This document shows positions 1-10,537 of a stretch of 64,000 bases of DNA, piece by piece. Positions within the stretch are counted from its first letter, which is position 1, and every line of letters starts with the position of its first letter. Origin of the DNA: an uncultured bacterium (GTDB lineage: Bacteria; Acidobacteriota; HRBIN11; JAKEFK01); the NCBI GenBank assembly GCA_963777505.1, contig CAVZQN010000003.1, positions 384,001 through 448,000 on the forward strand. Direction: 5' to 3'. The translations under genes and the position numbers were made by a program. The notes below the pieces were generated by a model, which was given only the letters and a program-made list of their open reading frames with translations, made no database searches and was not told the DNA's origin.

Positions 1-100
1 ACCACTGCAGAAAATGGATCTGGATCGCAAGAGTACTAAAGAAATTATTCCGCCGGATAAGAATACGATGGCTGAACTGATGCCGGGTTTCGAGTCTTAA
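1..100 (+). CDS. 3' end of an upstream CDS (partial), possibly a DUF421/YetF paralogue
   Basis: Open frame from nt 2 (PLQKMDLDRK...PGFES*) stops at TAA 98-100, 2 nt before the next ATG; PLQKMDL resembles the AQKGDL C-terminus of the next gene. Confidence 0.5.
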   Translation, partial: PLQKMDLDRKSTKEIIPPDKNTMAELMPGFES

Positions 101-102
101 CA

Positions 103-591
103 ATGGACGTTTCCATCATAGCGGTTCGAGTATTTTTTACGTTTGTTGTTTTATTGGTGTTACTCCGTTTATCCGGAAAACGGATTGTTGCCGAAAGTAC
201 GGTTTTTGATTTCATTCTTGCACTGATTGTTGGTGATCTGGTTGATGATGTGTTTTTTGGAGAGCAGCCTGTGAGCATGTTCATTGCTGCCTTAGGGACT
301 CTAATCGTTCTTGAGGTTGTCATGAGATTGTTTTCTCTTGCCTATCCGAAATGCGCAAATTTGTTAGAAGGTAAACCGGTTCTTATCTTGAAAGATGGCG
401 TTCCGAACCGTGCAAATTTGAAGAAGACACTTCTGGCACACAAGGAATTACGCGCTATGCTTCGCCTGGATGGGTTTCTCGTCCGTTGCTGGAAGGAAAT
501 CAGAGTCGCTTTTCTGGAACAAAATGGTCATGCGTCTCTGTTTCTAAAGGATCAATACAAAAAAGCGCAGAAAGGTGATTTAGAAAAATGA
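103..591 (+). CDS. DUF421/YetF family membrane protein
   Basis: LRLSGKRIVAESTVFDFILALIVGDL, LEGKPVLILKDG and A.LEQNG..S motifs; three N-terminal TM segments. Confidence 0.85.
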   Translation: MDVSIIAVRVFFTFVVLLVLLRLSGKRIVAESTVFDFILALIVGDLVDDVFFGEQPVSMFIAALGTLIVLEVVMRLFSLAYPKCANLLEGKPVLILKDGVPNRANLKKTLLAHKELRAMLRLDGFLVRCWKEIRVAFLEQNGHASLFLKDQYKKAQKGDLEK

Positions 592-986
592 AGCGGTTAG
601 CCTGGCTTTTAATCGTCGTGGCAGTCATATCAATTTTTTTGTTTGTGGATGTTTATTATTTAAAGGACAAAAGAGTATTTGTTCCATCGCCTGGTAATGT
701 TGCGGCATCTTTTTTTGAATTCTTGTATTCAGGTCATTTCAACCAGGCGCGTCATCTTCTTTCCAGCAATCTGCAACAAAAGACCAGTGTTGAGGACTTA
801 AGGGAATTTAAGAAAACGCTTGAATTAAGATGGGGAAAAATCCAAAGAATTACGGATAAAAAATCGGAGTACAATTTGTCTCAAGCTTTAGCGACGGTAA
901 AGTTAAGGACGGATAGGGGAAGATTCCAATTGCAGTTGCCTGCAGTGCGAGAGAGTGGCCTCTGGCGCATCTCAGGTTTACAATAA
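588..986 (+). CDS. hypothetical membrane-anchored protein (NTF2/DUF4878-like)
   Basis: N-terminal hydrophobic anchor, P..VA..F....G....A..LLS pattern, C-terminal RESGLWRI; ATGA overlap with upstream gene. Confidence 0.5.
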   Translation: MKRLAWLLIVVAVISIFLFVDVYYLKDKRVFVPSPGNVAASFFEFLYSGHFNQARHLLSSNLQQKTSVEDLREFKKTLELRWGKIQRITDKKSEYNLSQALATVKLRTDRGRFQLQLPAVRESGLWRISGLQ

Positions 987-1001
987 AACCTTCACAAATC
1001 A

Positions 1002-1025
1002 GTAGGGACGGGTCTAAGACCCGCC
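1002..1025 (+). repeat. GTAG-type REP palindrome, family A copy 1
   Basis: GTAGGGACGGGTCTAAGACCCGCC; near-identical to 12162 and 21096. Confidence 0.85.
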
Positions 1026-1055
1026 TGGACCACGGATTGGGTGGGGAGTGGTTAA

Positions 1056-4000
1056 TTGAATCAGGATCAAGAAACAATCCTATTGACGCTTGCTTTGAAG
1101 AAAGGCCTTTTGAACGAAAAGGATGTTCAAAATGCTGAGGGTCAGGAAAATGCTGGGCAACGTGTTGATTGGCTTGTTAAACAAGGACGAATCGATCGTT
1201 CTACAATCGACCTCTTGCTGAATTCTGGCGAATTTAAGGCAGAAACAAAGCAGCCTTCAGCCGGCGCAATTTCAATCGAAAATTTTCGGGAACCGGGTGC
1301 GCCAGCTTTCCCTGTATCAAATTGGGATCGATATGAATTCGAAAAATATCTGGGCGAAGGAGGTATGGGACGTGTCTTTAAAGCAGTCGATCTACGTCTG
1401 AAACGGAATGTCGCACTGAAGTTCATGATGAGCACTGCTGGTGGAAGAACGAAACGATTGATCCGCGAAGCACAAGCTCTTGCGCGAATTCATCACGATA
1501 ATGTGTGCCAGGTTTATGAAATTGGTGAAGTTGAGGGCAACCTTTACATCGCCATGCAATATGTCGAAGGTGTGACTCTGGATCATGCAGATGTCGATTC
1601 ATTTTCACTGCAAGAAAAAGTGCGGATCATGTTGGAGACAGCAGAAGGGTTACATGCAGCTCATCAAACCGGAATCATTCATCGCGACATCAAACCAGCA
1701 AACATCATGATTCGAAAAAGTGAAGAAGGCACATGGCATCCTGTGTTGATGGATTTCGGATTAGCCCGCGAAACAGAAGATGAAGGAATTACGGGGACTG
1801 GTTTTATCGTAGGTACGCCTGCATACATGGCCCCCGAACAAGCAACACTTGAAAGCGAACAACTCGATCGTAGAACTGATATTTACAGTCTTGGCGCGAC
1901 CATGTACAACCTTTTCACCGGGCAGGCTCCATTTTCAGGGACAACTCCATTGGAGATCATCCGTAAAGTCAATGAAAAAGATCCTGAACCGCTTAGCAAT
2001 TTAAATCCACAAATTCCTGCAGATCTTCAGCGCGTTGTAATGAAGTGTTTGGAGAAGCAAAGGGAACGCCGTTATCAATCTGCTAAAGAATTAGCAGAAG
2101 ATCTGCAACGTTTTCTCCAGGGTGAGCCTGTTCTTGCACGCCCGATGCATTCGATTCACAGAAAATTTCGTCGAGTTGTACGGAATAAGATTGCAACCGC
2201 TGCGCTCATTGTGCTTGCGGCTGCTGTGTTGATTTATCTTGTTGTCACAATCCGTAGCCGCGCGGAAATTCAAAATCGTTTGCGTCTCGCCAATGAATTT
2301 GTTCAAGAAGTACGATACGTCGACGAATTTATGCGTCATGCACTGACAGCTCCATTGCATGACATTCGCCCGGAACGACAAAACGTCAGGGAAAGATTGA
2401 AGCAATTTGAAAAACGTGTCATTGAATCCGGTGCCGCGGGAGCCGGACCTGGTGCTTACGTAATGGGAAGAGGTCATCTTGCATTGAAAGAGCCGGAAAC
2501 GGCACGGAAATGGTTAGAAAAAGCGATCGCTGCCAATTATAAAGTTCCTGAAGTTGACTACGCGCTTGGCTTAACACTTGGCGAATTGTTTCAAAAAGAA
2601 TCAGAAGAAGCCGATCGAATTCCGAATAAGCAACTTCGAGAATCACGAAAAAAGGAATTGGAAAAAGAATTCAAGGAGCCTGCAATTGCGTTGCTGAGAT
2701 CAACTCAAAAACTTCAAGTGGAATCTCCGGAATATGCAGAAGCGTTGATCTTGTTTTACGACCGGCAATATTCAAAAGCTTTAACGAAACTTTCGGAAGC
2801 CCTTATTCGCGTGCCATGGTTATATGAAGCGCAAGTTTTGCAAGGCAAAATCTATTCCGCTCAAGCTCAGGATGCGCGGGATCGCGGATCGAACGATACT
2901 GCTATGGAACTTTTCTTAAAGGCAGATGAATCCTATCGCAATGCGATGGGGCTCGGACGCAGTGATCCATCTCCATATTCTGCAGCCTGCGGATTGTGGG
3001 TGCAGGTGATGAACTTGAATTTGTATGGAGCCGGAGGCGAACTCGAACCTCATCTTCAAAAAGTAAGAAAGAATTGCGGGCTTGCATTAAAAGCAGATCC
3101 TGATCTTGAACTTGCGTACCTCGAACAATCACATGCGTTGAAGTTGATCAGTGAGTCTCGAATCGGACGCGGCCTCGATCCATCGGAGTATCTCAAGGAA
3201 TCTGAAGATCTTGCGCAGAAAGCTCTAAAGTTGTCACCGCGAAATGCAAGAGCTTACAATCAAATCGGAATGACTCTGACAATGCGCGGACTTTATGAAT
3301 ATGAAATTGGAAGCGATCCGACAGAATCTTTAAAAAAGGCGCGAAACTATTTGCAATCTTCGATTTCTGTGAACCCTACATATGTGTATGCGCACAATAA
3401 TCTTGGCATCTGCAATCTATATTATGGGGACTATCTTCTTTCGCGCAGCGAGGATCCATCACCGCCTATTAAAGATGCCATTCATGCGTTTGAGCAAGCA
3501 ATTCAAATTAAGCCTGATTACAGCGGTGCTTTCAACAATATGGGCAATGCCTATTTATCGCTTGCTGAATGGGATTTCACGCATGGAAAGGATCCATTTC
3601 CGTATGCACAGAAAGCTGTCAGTAGTTATCAGAATGCTGTAAAAGCAAATCCTGCAGAATCATACACACTGCAGAACCTGGGTCTTGCTTACACTCAGCT
3701 TGCCAGTTATGAAATCGAAAAGAATATTGATCCGACTCCGCACACGACACAAGCGATTGATGCATACGAGCAGGCAATTCAAATCAATCCAGAAAATACA
3801 GGCGGTTATGTAAATCTGGCGGTAACATTTTTGTATCGTGCTGAATATGACATGGAACATGGAAAGAATCCGGAAACAGATTTAAACTCAGCAATCAAGA
3901 GTTCACTTAAAGCAGTTGAGATCAATCCATCTGAATTCCGCTCACTGACAAACATCGGCAGCGCATATAAGAATCGCGCAGAATATTTTTTGATGACTGG

Positions 4001-4671
4001 GAAATATTCCAGTGAAGATTTCAGCCAGGCTGAAAAATATTATCGAAAAGCTCTTTCAGTACGGCAAGGACAAGGTTCAGCCCAGAGAAGATTAGGCCAT
4101 CTTTATATTCTGCAAGCTCAGCATGAACTTGAATCCGGAGGCGATCCGCGCGGCGCGATCCGCAAAGCTGAAGAAGCTTTAAAGAAAGCTGCAGAAATTG
4201 AACCGGATGAATATGAAGTGCTGGTATCTAAAGCTCAAACTGAAGTGCTGAAAGCTCGTGATGCAATCATTCGAGGCAGCAATCCCAATAAATATTTTGC
4301 TCAAGCCGACAAATTCTTTGAAGAGGCGTTGAAAATAAATCCAGATTATCCCCAAATCTTGCTGGCAAGATCTCAACGCGATTTTTTTGAAGCGGAATGG
4401 AAACTGAAGGCGGGTAAGGATGCAACAGAGAATGTTGTATCGCGGACTCACCACAACTGAAAACGTGCTGAATAAGGTCGGTGGCTCAGCTCAGGCGTTT
4501 TTGATTAAAGGTAAACTCTTGCTGATCAAAGCCCAAGCTTCCCAAAATCCAAAAGAGCGTTCTGAATTCGCACAAAGTGCTGTTGAATCTTTAGAAAAAG
4601 CTGTATCCGTGAACTCGAATCTCAAAAACGAGTGTGGCCCGTTGATTGTGAAATCACAGGGCTTGCTTTGA
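1056..4671 (+). CDS. Hanks-type Ser/Thr kinase with TM helix and long TPR-like C-terminus (apparent +1 frameshift near 4435 joins 1056..4460 and 4420..4671)
   Basis: GEGGMG, VALK, HRDIKPAN, DFG, APE motifs; TM segment; repeated G.DP...A...Y..A....P units; removing one base at GAGAATGTTGTATCGC gives a continuous ENVYRGLTT.. Confidence 0.9.
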
Positions 4672-4675
4672 TGAA

Positions 4676-6742
4676 TTATGTTGTCGTGGGTGGCGGGTGG
4701 TTAAGCCAGTCTTTGTGGACAACGAATCTTCGAAATTCAGAAGACGTCATTAATCGAACTATGTAGCGGATCTTTTCCAGGGTGTAACTTACCCACATAA
4801 TTCTATGAACGGATAAAGGATCACGCTGGTGTGAGTGTCGTATCCAGATATAGAACATTTTAGGGAATCCTGAAAGTAACTTTATCAAATCAACGAACAA
4901 CTGCATTTTCCCCGGCATGTGTTGCGAATACTTCGTATATGAATCCGAAGCGCCCCAATTGCGAGACCAGTGTTTGAGATAAGCAATACTCATTCTGCGT
5001 TTTGGAATATTGTGGTGAACTCTTGCATCGTGTATGAAGCCGACATGCTTTCCATTTTGCCAAAGCTTGCGAAGTAAACCGGATTCTCCATCGCCAAGCC
5101 ATGTATCGCCAAAGGATTCAGGATTAAATCCCCCTAGTTCAAACAGCAATTTTTTTTCTATCGCCAGATTTACGCCAAAGAAAAAACAATCAGGAGTTAA
5201 ACGAAAGGTATTAAACGGCTTCATCAAACCAAGTGCCGGAAAGAATTTGCCATCTGAAATCAGGTTTGATAACCATTCCTCAGGATTTTCCTCCCACAGT
5301 GGTTCTACCGGTCCTCCCGCTGCATTCATCAATGGATGACTTTGGAAAGCATGCAGATAAGACTGAATCCAATTGGGATCGACACTCGCATCATCATCAG
5401 TGAATAAAACGATTTCGCCTTTTGCAGCCCTGGCGCCGGCATGTCTTGCGTTGTGCAATCCTAAATTCTTTTCGTATACATATCTGAGCTGCGGATTATT
5501 TGCAGACAGACTTGAAATGTATTCATGAGTCCGGTCAGTTGAGGCATTGTCCACCAAAATAATTTCATATGAATCAGGCGGGGCAGTCTGTTTAAAGTGC
5601 GATGGCAAAGTCGTTTTCAATCTCGGTTCGCCATTATGGGTGGAAATAATGACAGAAATTAATGGATGAGTTGAGTAAAATTTTTGCCTTTTTTTTAAAA
5701 ATTCCTGAACATTGGAATCTGTCGGCTGATCGACCTCATTTACTTTCGCAATTTTCCAATTTCCCCGATGCTGAAATAGTCTCTTTCTCAAAAGACGTCT
5801 GAAAGGATAAACAAGGAATCGATAGACCACTCCAGAAAAGCTGATTGCGCTTATGAACGAGGATAGGAATCTCATTTCTACGCTACGCGAATATTTCGAT
5901 GCCTGATCAAAAGCGCGGTGCGCTTCTTTCTTGAATCCTCGTTCCATTAATGTATCTGCGCTGAACAACATGAGACCAGCTAACGCATCGCTTCGATTTA
6001 CGGAGTTGAGGTTGTTTTCGTTGAGGTGATTCCAAACAAGTTCTGCGGCGTAACGTTTTGATTCTTCAAGGCGTGGTGTTGCGCCTAAATTAAAACTTCT
6101 TGGAAGATCATGATCCCGCATAAATTGGAGGATCAATGGAACAAAAACGTAATTGATCTCCTTACAGATTGCGCGAATATGAAATTCCCAATCATCGTAG
6201 CCAATTCCAAGATCCGTTTTCCAACCTCCTAAAGCTTCCAACGTTGAACGCCGCCAGAAGGCTGAGCCTGTATGCCAAACTGGATCGTCCCAAAGAAAAC
6301 GATCTAGATGAAATTCCGGTAATGGTGAATTCCATAAAACTCCGAAGTCTCCTGGAATGTTTTTGAAATACTCATCCAGGCTATAGCACATGTCCACCGC
6401 CGGATCAGAATCCAGTACCTCCTTACAGACTTCGATTTTTTTGGGATGCAATAAGTCATCTGAATCCAGGAATTGAATGTATTTGCCTAGAGCTTCCTGC
6501 ACACCTCGATTTCTAGCAATACAAACTCCAGCATGATCTTGCTTGATGAGGCGCGCACGGTCTTGAACATCCGGATGATTTATGATGGCTTCTATTTCAG
6601 TGAGTGTTTTCTGATCCGAACCGTCATCAACGATGATTACTTCTATCGCGGAATAGGATTGCTTTACTGCTGAGAGTACCGCTTCTAATACAAATTCGGA
6701 TCGTTGATAGGTTGGAATAATGATGGAAACGTCGGGCTTCAT
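4676..6742 (-). CDS. double-domain glycosyltransferase family 2
   Basis: Two GT-A domains: VSIIIPTY..VDDGS..FLDSDD and ISVIISTHN..VDNAS..FTDDD. Confidence 0.9.
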   Translation of the reverse strand: MKPDVSIIIPTYQRSEFVLEAVLSAVKQSYSAIEVIIVDDGSDQKTLTEIEAIINHPDVQDRARLIKQDHAGVCIARNRGVQEALGKYIQFLDSDDLLHPKKIEVCKEVLDSDPAVDMCYSLDEYFKNIPGDFGVLWNSPLPEFHLDRFLWDDPVWHTGSAFWRRSTLEALGGWKTDLGIGYDDWEFHIRAICKEINYVFVPLILQFMRDHDLPRSFNLGATPRLEESKRYAAELVWNHLNENNLNSVNRSDALAGLMLFSADTLMERGFKKEAHRAFDQASKYSRSVEMRFLSSFISAISFSGVVYRFLVYPFRRLLRKRLFQHRGNWKIAKVNEVDQPTDSNVQEFLKKRQKFYSTHPLISVIISTHNGEPRLKTTLPSHFKQTAPPDSYEIILVDNASTDRTHEYISSLSANNPQLRYVYEKNLGLHNARHAGARAAKGEIVLFTDDDASVDPNWIQSYLHAFQSHPLMNAAGGPVEPLWEENPEEWLSNLISDGKFFPALGLMKPFNTFRLTPDCFFFGVNLAIEKKLLFELGGFNPESFGDTWLGDGESGLLRKLWQNGKHVGFIHDARVHHNIPKRRMSIAYLKHWSRNWGASDSYTKYSQHMPGKMQLFVDLIKLLSGFPKMFYIWIRHSHQRDPLSVHRIMWVSYTLEKIRYIVRLMTSSEFRRFVVHKDWLNHPPPTTT

Positions 6743-7650
6743 TCAGACTTAGCGGTGCCGGCCATGATTAACGAACGAAGAGGTTTTGTAATACGAAGCA
6801 AAAATCGGATTATTGCCACGATCGGCGTTGTCCATGGTTTGATGCGTGGCATCATATCAAGCTGCCGGATCATGACTTCTCGATTGAATGGACGCTTCAA
6901 ACCTCCAGAAGTCAAAGTGTGTGTTGCATCTTTCAGTGAAATTTCCCGCGCAGCCGCGCCTGCTAATTTTATGTTGTGATCTGCTTCCGGACCATCCCAC
7001 GTTTTGCCTGTTCCTTTTGGAATATGCTTGTAATCATGATTTTGATGCACGATTGAAATCGAAGACGTGGCATCAATGAGCGGATAGCCATCAGCTCTTG
7101 CAGAATATAAGAACCAGTTATCCCATGCAGGCCTTCCAATAATAAATGGCGGCATCCGCGTTCCGACTTTTTGAGTAAACACAAAGTAATCGATAGCCCA
7201 GGCTTCTTCAAGTATTCCAGATGCCTGAATCTCTTTTCTTAAACGATCCTGCCAGCCTTCTGAAAAATCAAGTGGTTCTACAATGTCAAGATTCCACCTT
7301 TGTCCGCAAAGCAAAAATTGTTTCTTCAGGTTCTGGGTTTGTTGAATCGACTTGACAAAATCAGCCATCAAAATGATATCGGAATTGATGTAACAGAGCA
7401 GCGGATCAGTAGACATTTTTCGCGCTTTTTGAAAAACATCTTGAATGATCGGAGTACCATATTCACTTGTTGCAACTTCCGGAACGTGTTCAAGATTCAT
7501 TTCTGCTGCAATCTCTTTAGTCCCTTCATCACTTCCAAAAAGGATCAATCGTGGCCGCGGCTGCAGTAATGTCCAGCTTCGAATAGCGTTCCGTTGGATG
7601 ATGTTAATGTGTCCACGAAAAGCTTTTGGAATTGCGAAGAGGGTTAACAT
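6739..7650 (-). CDS. GT-A fold glycosyltransferase-like protein
   Basis: MLTLFAIPKAF, QRNAIRSW, YINSDII (DxD-like), IDYFVF, GRPAWDNW, HQNHDY motifs; ATGA overlap with the GT2 gene. Confidence 0.75.
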   Translation of the reverse strand: MLTLFAIPKAFRGHINIIQRNAIRSWTLLQPRPRLILFGSDEGTKEIAAEMNLEHVPEVATSEYGTPIIQDVFQKARKMSTDPLLCYINSDIILMADFVKSIQQTQNLKKQFLLCGQRWNLDIVEPLDFSEGWQDRLRKEIQASGILEEAWAIDYFVFTQKVGTRMPPFIIGRPAWDNWFLYSARADGYPLIDATSSISIVHQNHDYKHIPKGTGKTWDGPEADHNIKLAGAAAREISLKDATHTLTSGGLKRPFNREVMIRQLDMMPRIKPWTTPIVAIIRFLLRITKPLRSLIMAGTAKSE

Positions 7651-9753
7651 TTATGGTGTCTCAACTCTTGCAATCTCTGGCTCTGAAGATTTCAACAGCA
7701 CATATTTGCCATTCGAATTTCGCAAAAAGATTTGTACGTCATTGTGTCCTTTGACAAATGCTGATTCAGGTAACATCACGCGAAAACTATGAATTCCTTT
7801 TTTTCGCAAAGGGCGGGTTTGTCCTGTGGATTGGAATGTTCCATTTAATGCGACAGCAATATTCCTTTTTTCTGCACCAAGCTCTGTGGATTCAATTGTG
7901 CCTGATAACAAAGCTGGAATGAAGGTGGATTCCGGATCAACATTTCCTAAGCGTTCCTTTTTATGAATCTGGATCCGAGCGTTGGAGGTTGAAATGTTTG
8001 TAGTCGCTGGTTGGCGAATCAGCCATTGATCCGGACCTGCATAAAACAAATTTGCAGAATTCTCTTCTCCGAACCAGATAATCTTCCGGTCAACTGATCG
8101 TTGAATTTGTTTCAAATCAGAGGAGAAAGTCCTTCGGACTTTTTCGCCTGAAAGAAATGAGCGTTTATTTTGTCTTGAAGGTTCCTTTTTCACCAAGGAA
8201 AATCCATCTACTTGCCATGGAATCGAAAAATCCAAAACTTCAGCAATCGTTGGAAGTATATCGACCGTTTCCGTATTCCAGTCAACAATTTGTCCAGTCT
8301 TTTGATCCGGATATTTTATGAATAGAGGCACCCATAACATTTCAGGATAATTTTTCTTCTGAACTTTGCGGAGCTCAGCTCCTTCTGTTAAGCCAAGTCC
8401 GTGATCTCCCACAAAAACGATCATGGATGAATCATACAGGTTTTCTTCTTTTAACTTGTGAACTAATTCCCCGATTAATCCATCAAGAAATTGAACTTGA
8501 AGCAAAAGCCTTTGGTACGATTCCTTCACTACAGTTTCACTTTCCCAGGATGTCGTTTGAACCAGTGCGATATTTTCGATTTCAAATGGATCATATGTTC
8601 GCCCCGAAGGAAGAAATTCCCAAATTCTGTGCGGCAACAGGATATGTAGATATCGAAGTATTGGTTTGTTTTCGGATTCAAGCGAACTCAGAAAATCGTC
8701 AAACGTTTTTCTTCTTCCGTTTCGATGATTGGGAGAGCGAATCTGATTTTGTCGTACTTTAAAATTACCCCAATTGTTTTGAATCGAAGGTAAATTGCGG
8801 CTCAATGCTGATGGAAGCACCACATGCCCGTAAATGATCGATAAATCAGAAATAATTTCAGCAATATTGCTCGAGCTCTTCGAATGCGGGTCTTTGAGCT
8901 TTTCCGGAAAGAGTTGAGTCGCGAACTCAGTTGCTTGCATTGAATACGAATTTTGTAACAACGTGAAAAGGGTATTCGGGTAATCCAGGGGAACCGGGAC
9001 CGCTCCAGCATTCGCATAACGGCCTGTAAGCATCGTTGGAATCGAATAAGTAGTTTGATCTGCAGAGGTAGTTGTATTTCGGTAGAAGGAAGCTTTTTGA
9101 GAAAGGCTGTGAAAGTTTGGAAAAAGATGAGAATCAATTTTCAAGTCTTTATTCAAAAGAGCAACAAGCGGGAATTCGTCAAATACGACAACTATAAGGG
9201 GAGCCGGATTTTTCGGAACAACTGTTGTGCTGATGGGCGTCTCAGAGCTATAGAGTTTTTTGATTTGAGGATTGAGCAGAAGCAATGTTGGGACTATCAG
9301 AATCGCCGGAGACAAAAATAGTAAGTATGAAGAAATTACTTTTTTGTACCCAATCGAAAATAGAATCAGACTGAAAAAAAAGATACAAACCATGACGAGG
9401 ATTCCAATTGAAGGGCTTAATCCTCGCGCTATTTGCATCAAAATTGAAGTGAGCAGAACAGCAAAAACAAAAGCACGATAGCCTTGTTGAAAATGTTTCC
9501 CAACTTTTCCTGCGAGTAGATATAAAACAAAAAGTAAAAGAGGCGCAAGAAAACTGAGACAGAAAACAAAAAGCAGAAGTGATGTATTCCTTATGTCATG
9601 GAAAACAAAAAACTCTGGCGCTTTTACAAGGGTTGAATACAAAGATTGCAGTGCAAGGTTGAACAGCGCAAAAAACGGTAAAGCTTCTTTTATTTTGTTC
9701 GGGTTCGTTGGATGTTCTCCCAATTTAATATTGTTTCTTACCACGAAGTTCAC
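7651..9753 (-). CDS. membrane-anchored alkaline phosphatase/sulfatase-superfamily protein (LtaS/EptA-like transferase); start uncertain
   Basis: About 5 N-terminal TMs, VVVFDE, T-T..SIP.MLTG (Thr at the nucleophile position, no CxPxR), H..LPH, GDHG, VPLFIKYP, VDILPTI. Confidence 0.75.
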   Translation of the reverse strand: MNFVVRNNIKLGEHPTNPNKIKEALPFFALFNLALQSLYSTLVKAPEFFVFHDIRNTSLLLFVFCLSFLAPLLLFVLYLLAGKVGKHFQQGYRAFVFAVLLTSILMQIARGLSPSIGILVMVCIFFFSLILFSIGYKKVISSYLLFLSPAILIVPTLLLLNPQIKKLYSSETPISTTVVPKNPAPLIVVVFDEFPLVALLNKDLKIDSHLFPNFHSLSQKASFYRNTTTSADQTTYSIPTMLTGRYANAGAVPVPLDYPNTLFTLLQNSYSMQATEFATQLFPEKLKDPHSKSSSNIAEIISDLSIIYGHVVLPSALSRNLPSIQNNWGNFKVRQNQIRSPNHRNGRRKTFDDFLSSLESENKPILRYLHILLPHRIWEFLPSGRTYDPFEIENIALVQTTSWESETVVKESYQRLLLQVQFLDGLIGELVHKLKEENLYDSSMIVFVGDHGLGLTEGAELRKVQKKNYPEMLWVPLFIKYPDQKTGQIVDWNTETVDILPTIAEVLDFSIPWQVDGFSLVKKEPSRQNKRSFLSGEKVRRTFSSDLKQIQRSVDRKIIWFGEENSANLFYAGPDQWLIRQPATTNISTSNARIQIHKKERLGNVDPESTFIPALLSGTIESTELGAEKRNIAVALNGTFQSTGQTRPLRKKGIHSFRVMLPESAFVKGHNDVQIFLRNSNGKYVLLKSSEPEIARVETP

Positions 9754-9817
9754 GAAGTATCACGAAGTCGGTTTCTACAGCAATTGTATCTTCGTGCTTC
9801 TTCGTGATCTTCGTGGT
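9740..9817. repeat. inverted repeat of 3x CACGAAG / 3x CTTCGTG (20-mer repeat family, hairpin form)
   Basis: ACCACGAAGTTCACGAAGTATCACGAAG ... CTTCGTGCTTCTTCGTGATCTTCGTGGT, 6 nt beyond the response-regulator stop codon. Confidence 0.8.
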
Positions 9818-9823
9818 TTCATC

Positions 9824-10453
9824 TTATTCTTCCAGATGAACAAGGCCGCGTTGAAGAGCGGTAGTCGCTGCTTGAGTCCTGTCACTGACACCCAATTTTG
9901 TAAATATGATGTTGATGTAACTCTTGACTGTTCCCTCTGAAATATGAAGGGTTGCGGCAATTTCCTTATTGCTCATTCCTTTAACAATCAATTTTAGAAC
10001 ATCCATCTCGCGCGCAGTTAATTCAACTCCCGGAATTCTTGCTGCTAGTTTTTCTGCAACTTCAGGCGGAATCCTTCGGTGACCTGCATGCACGGCTCGA
10101 ATTGCTTCGAGCAATTCTTTTCTAGGTATATCTTTCAACAAATAGGCTCGTGCTCCGGCTTGAAGTACACGATAGATTTCCTCATCTGCATGGAATGTTG
10201 TCAGTACGATCACTTTTGCATTTGGAAAATCTTTGCGGATAGCAATGATGGCTTGCACTGCATCCATTTCGGGCATCCGTAAATCGAGGAGTGCAATGTC
10301 CGGACGATGCTTGCGATACGATTCTACTGCTTCGCGGCCATTCGAGGCTTCAGCCACAACAACCATATCCGGTTGAGTCTGAATAATTGCAGAAAGACCG
10401 TCGCGTACAACAGGATGGTCATCCGCGACGAGAATTCGAATTTGATTCTCCAT
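9824..10453 (-). CDS. NarL/FixJ-family response regulator (REC + LuxR HTH), no cognate kinase nearby
   Basis: ADDH, LLDLRMP, LTTF, LLK; LTAREMDVL..G.SNKEIA..L.ISEGTVK. Confidence 0.95.
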   Translation of the reverse strand: MENQIRILVADDHPVVRDGLSAIIQTQPDMVVVAEASNGREAVESYRKHRPDIALLDLRMPEMDAVQAIIAIRKDFPNAKVIVLTTFHADEEIYRVLQAGARAYLLKDIPRKELLEAIRAVHAGHRRIPPEVAEKLAARIPGVELTAREMDVLKLIVKGMSNKEIAATLHISEGTVKSYINIIFTKLGVSDRTQAATTALQRGLVHLEE

Positions 10454-10490
10454 CGGCCTACAACAGAGTCGACAATCTAGTTAAGAGCAA

Positions 10491-10525
10491 TCAGCTCTCA
10501 GCACTCATTGCTCAGCACTCAGCAC
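10491..10525. repeat. heptamer tandem repeat, 5x TCAGCAC (degenerate)
   Basis: tcagctc tcagcac tcattgc tcagcac tcagcac, intergenic. Confidence 0.8.
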
Positions 10526-10537
10526 TTTTATTATAGT

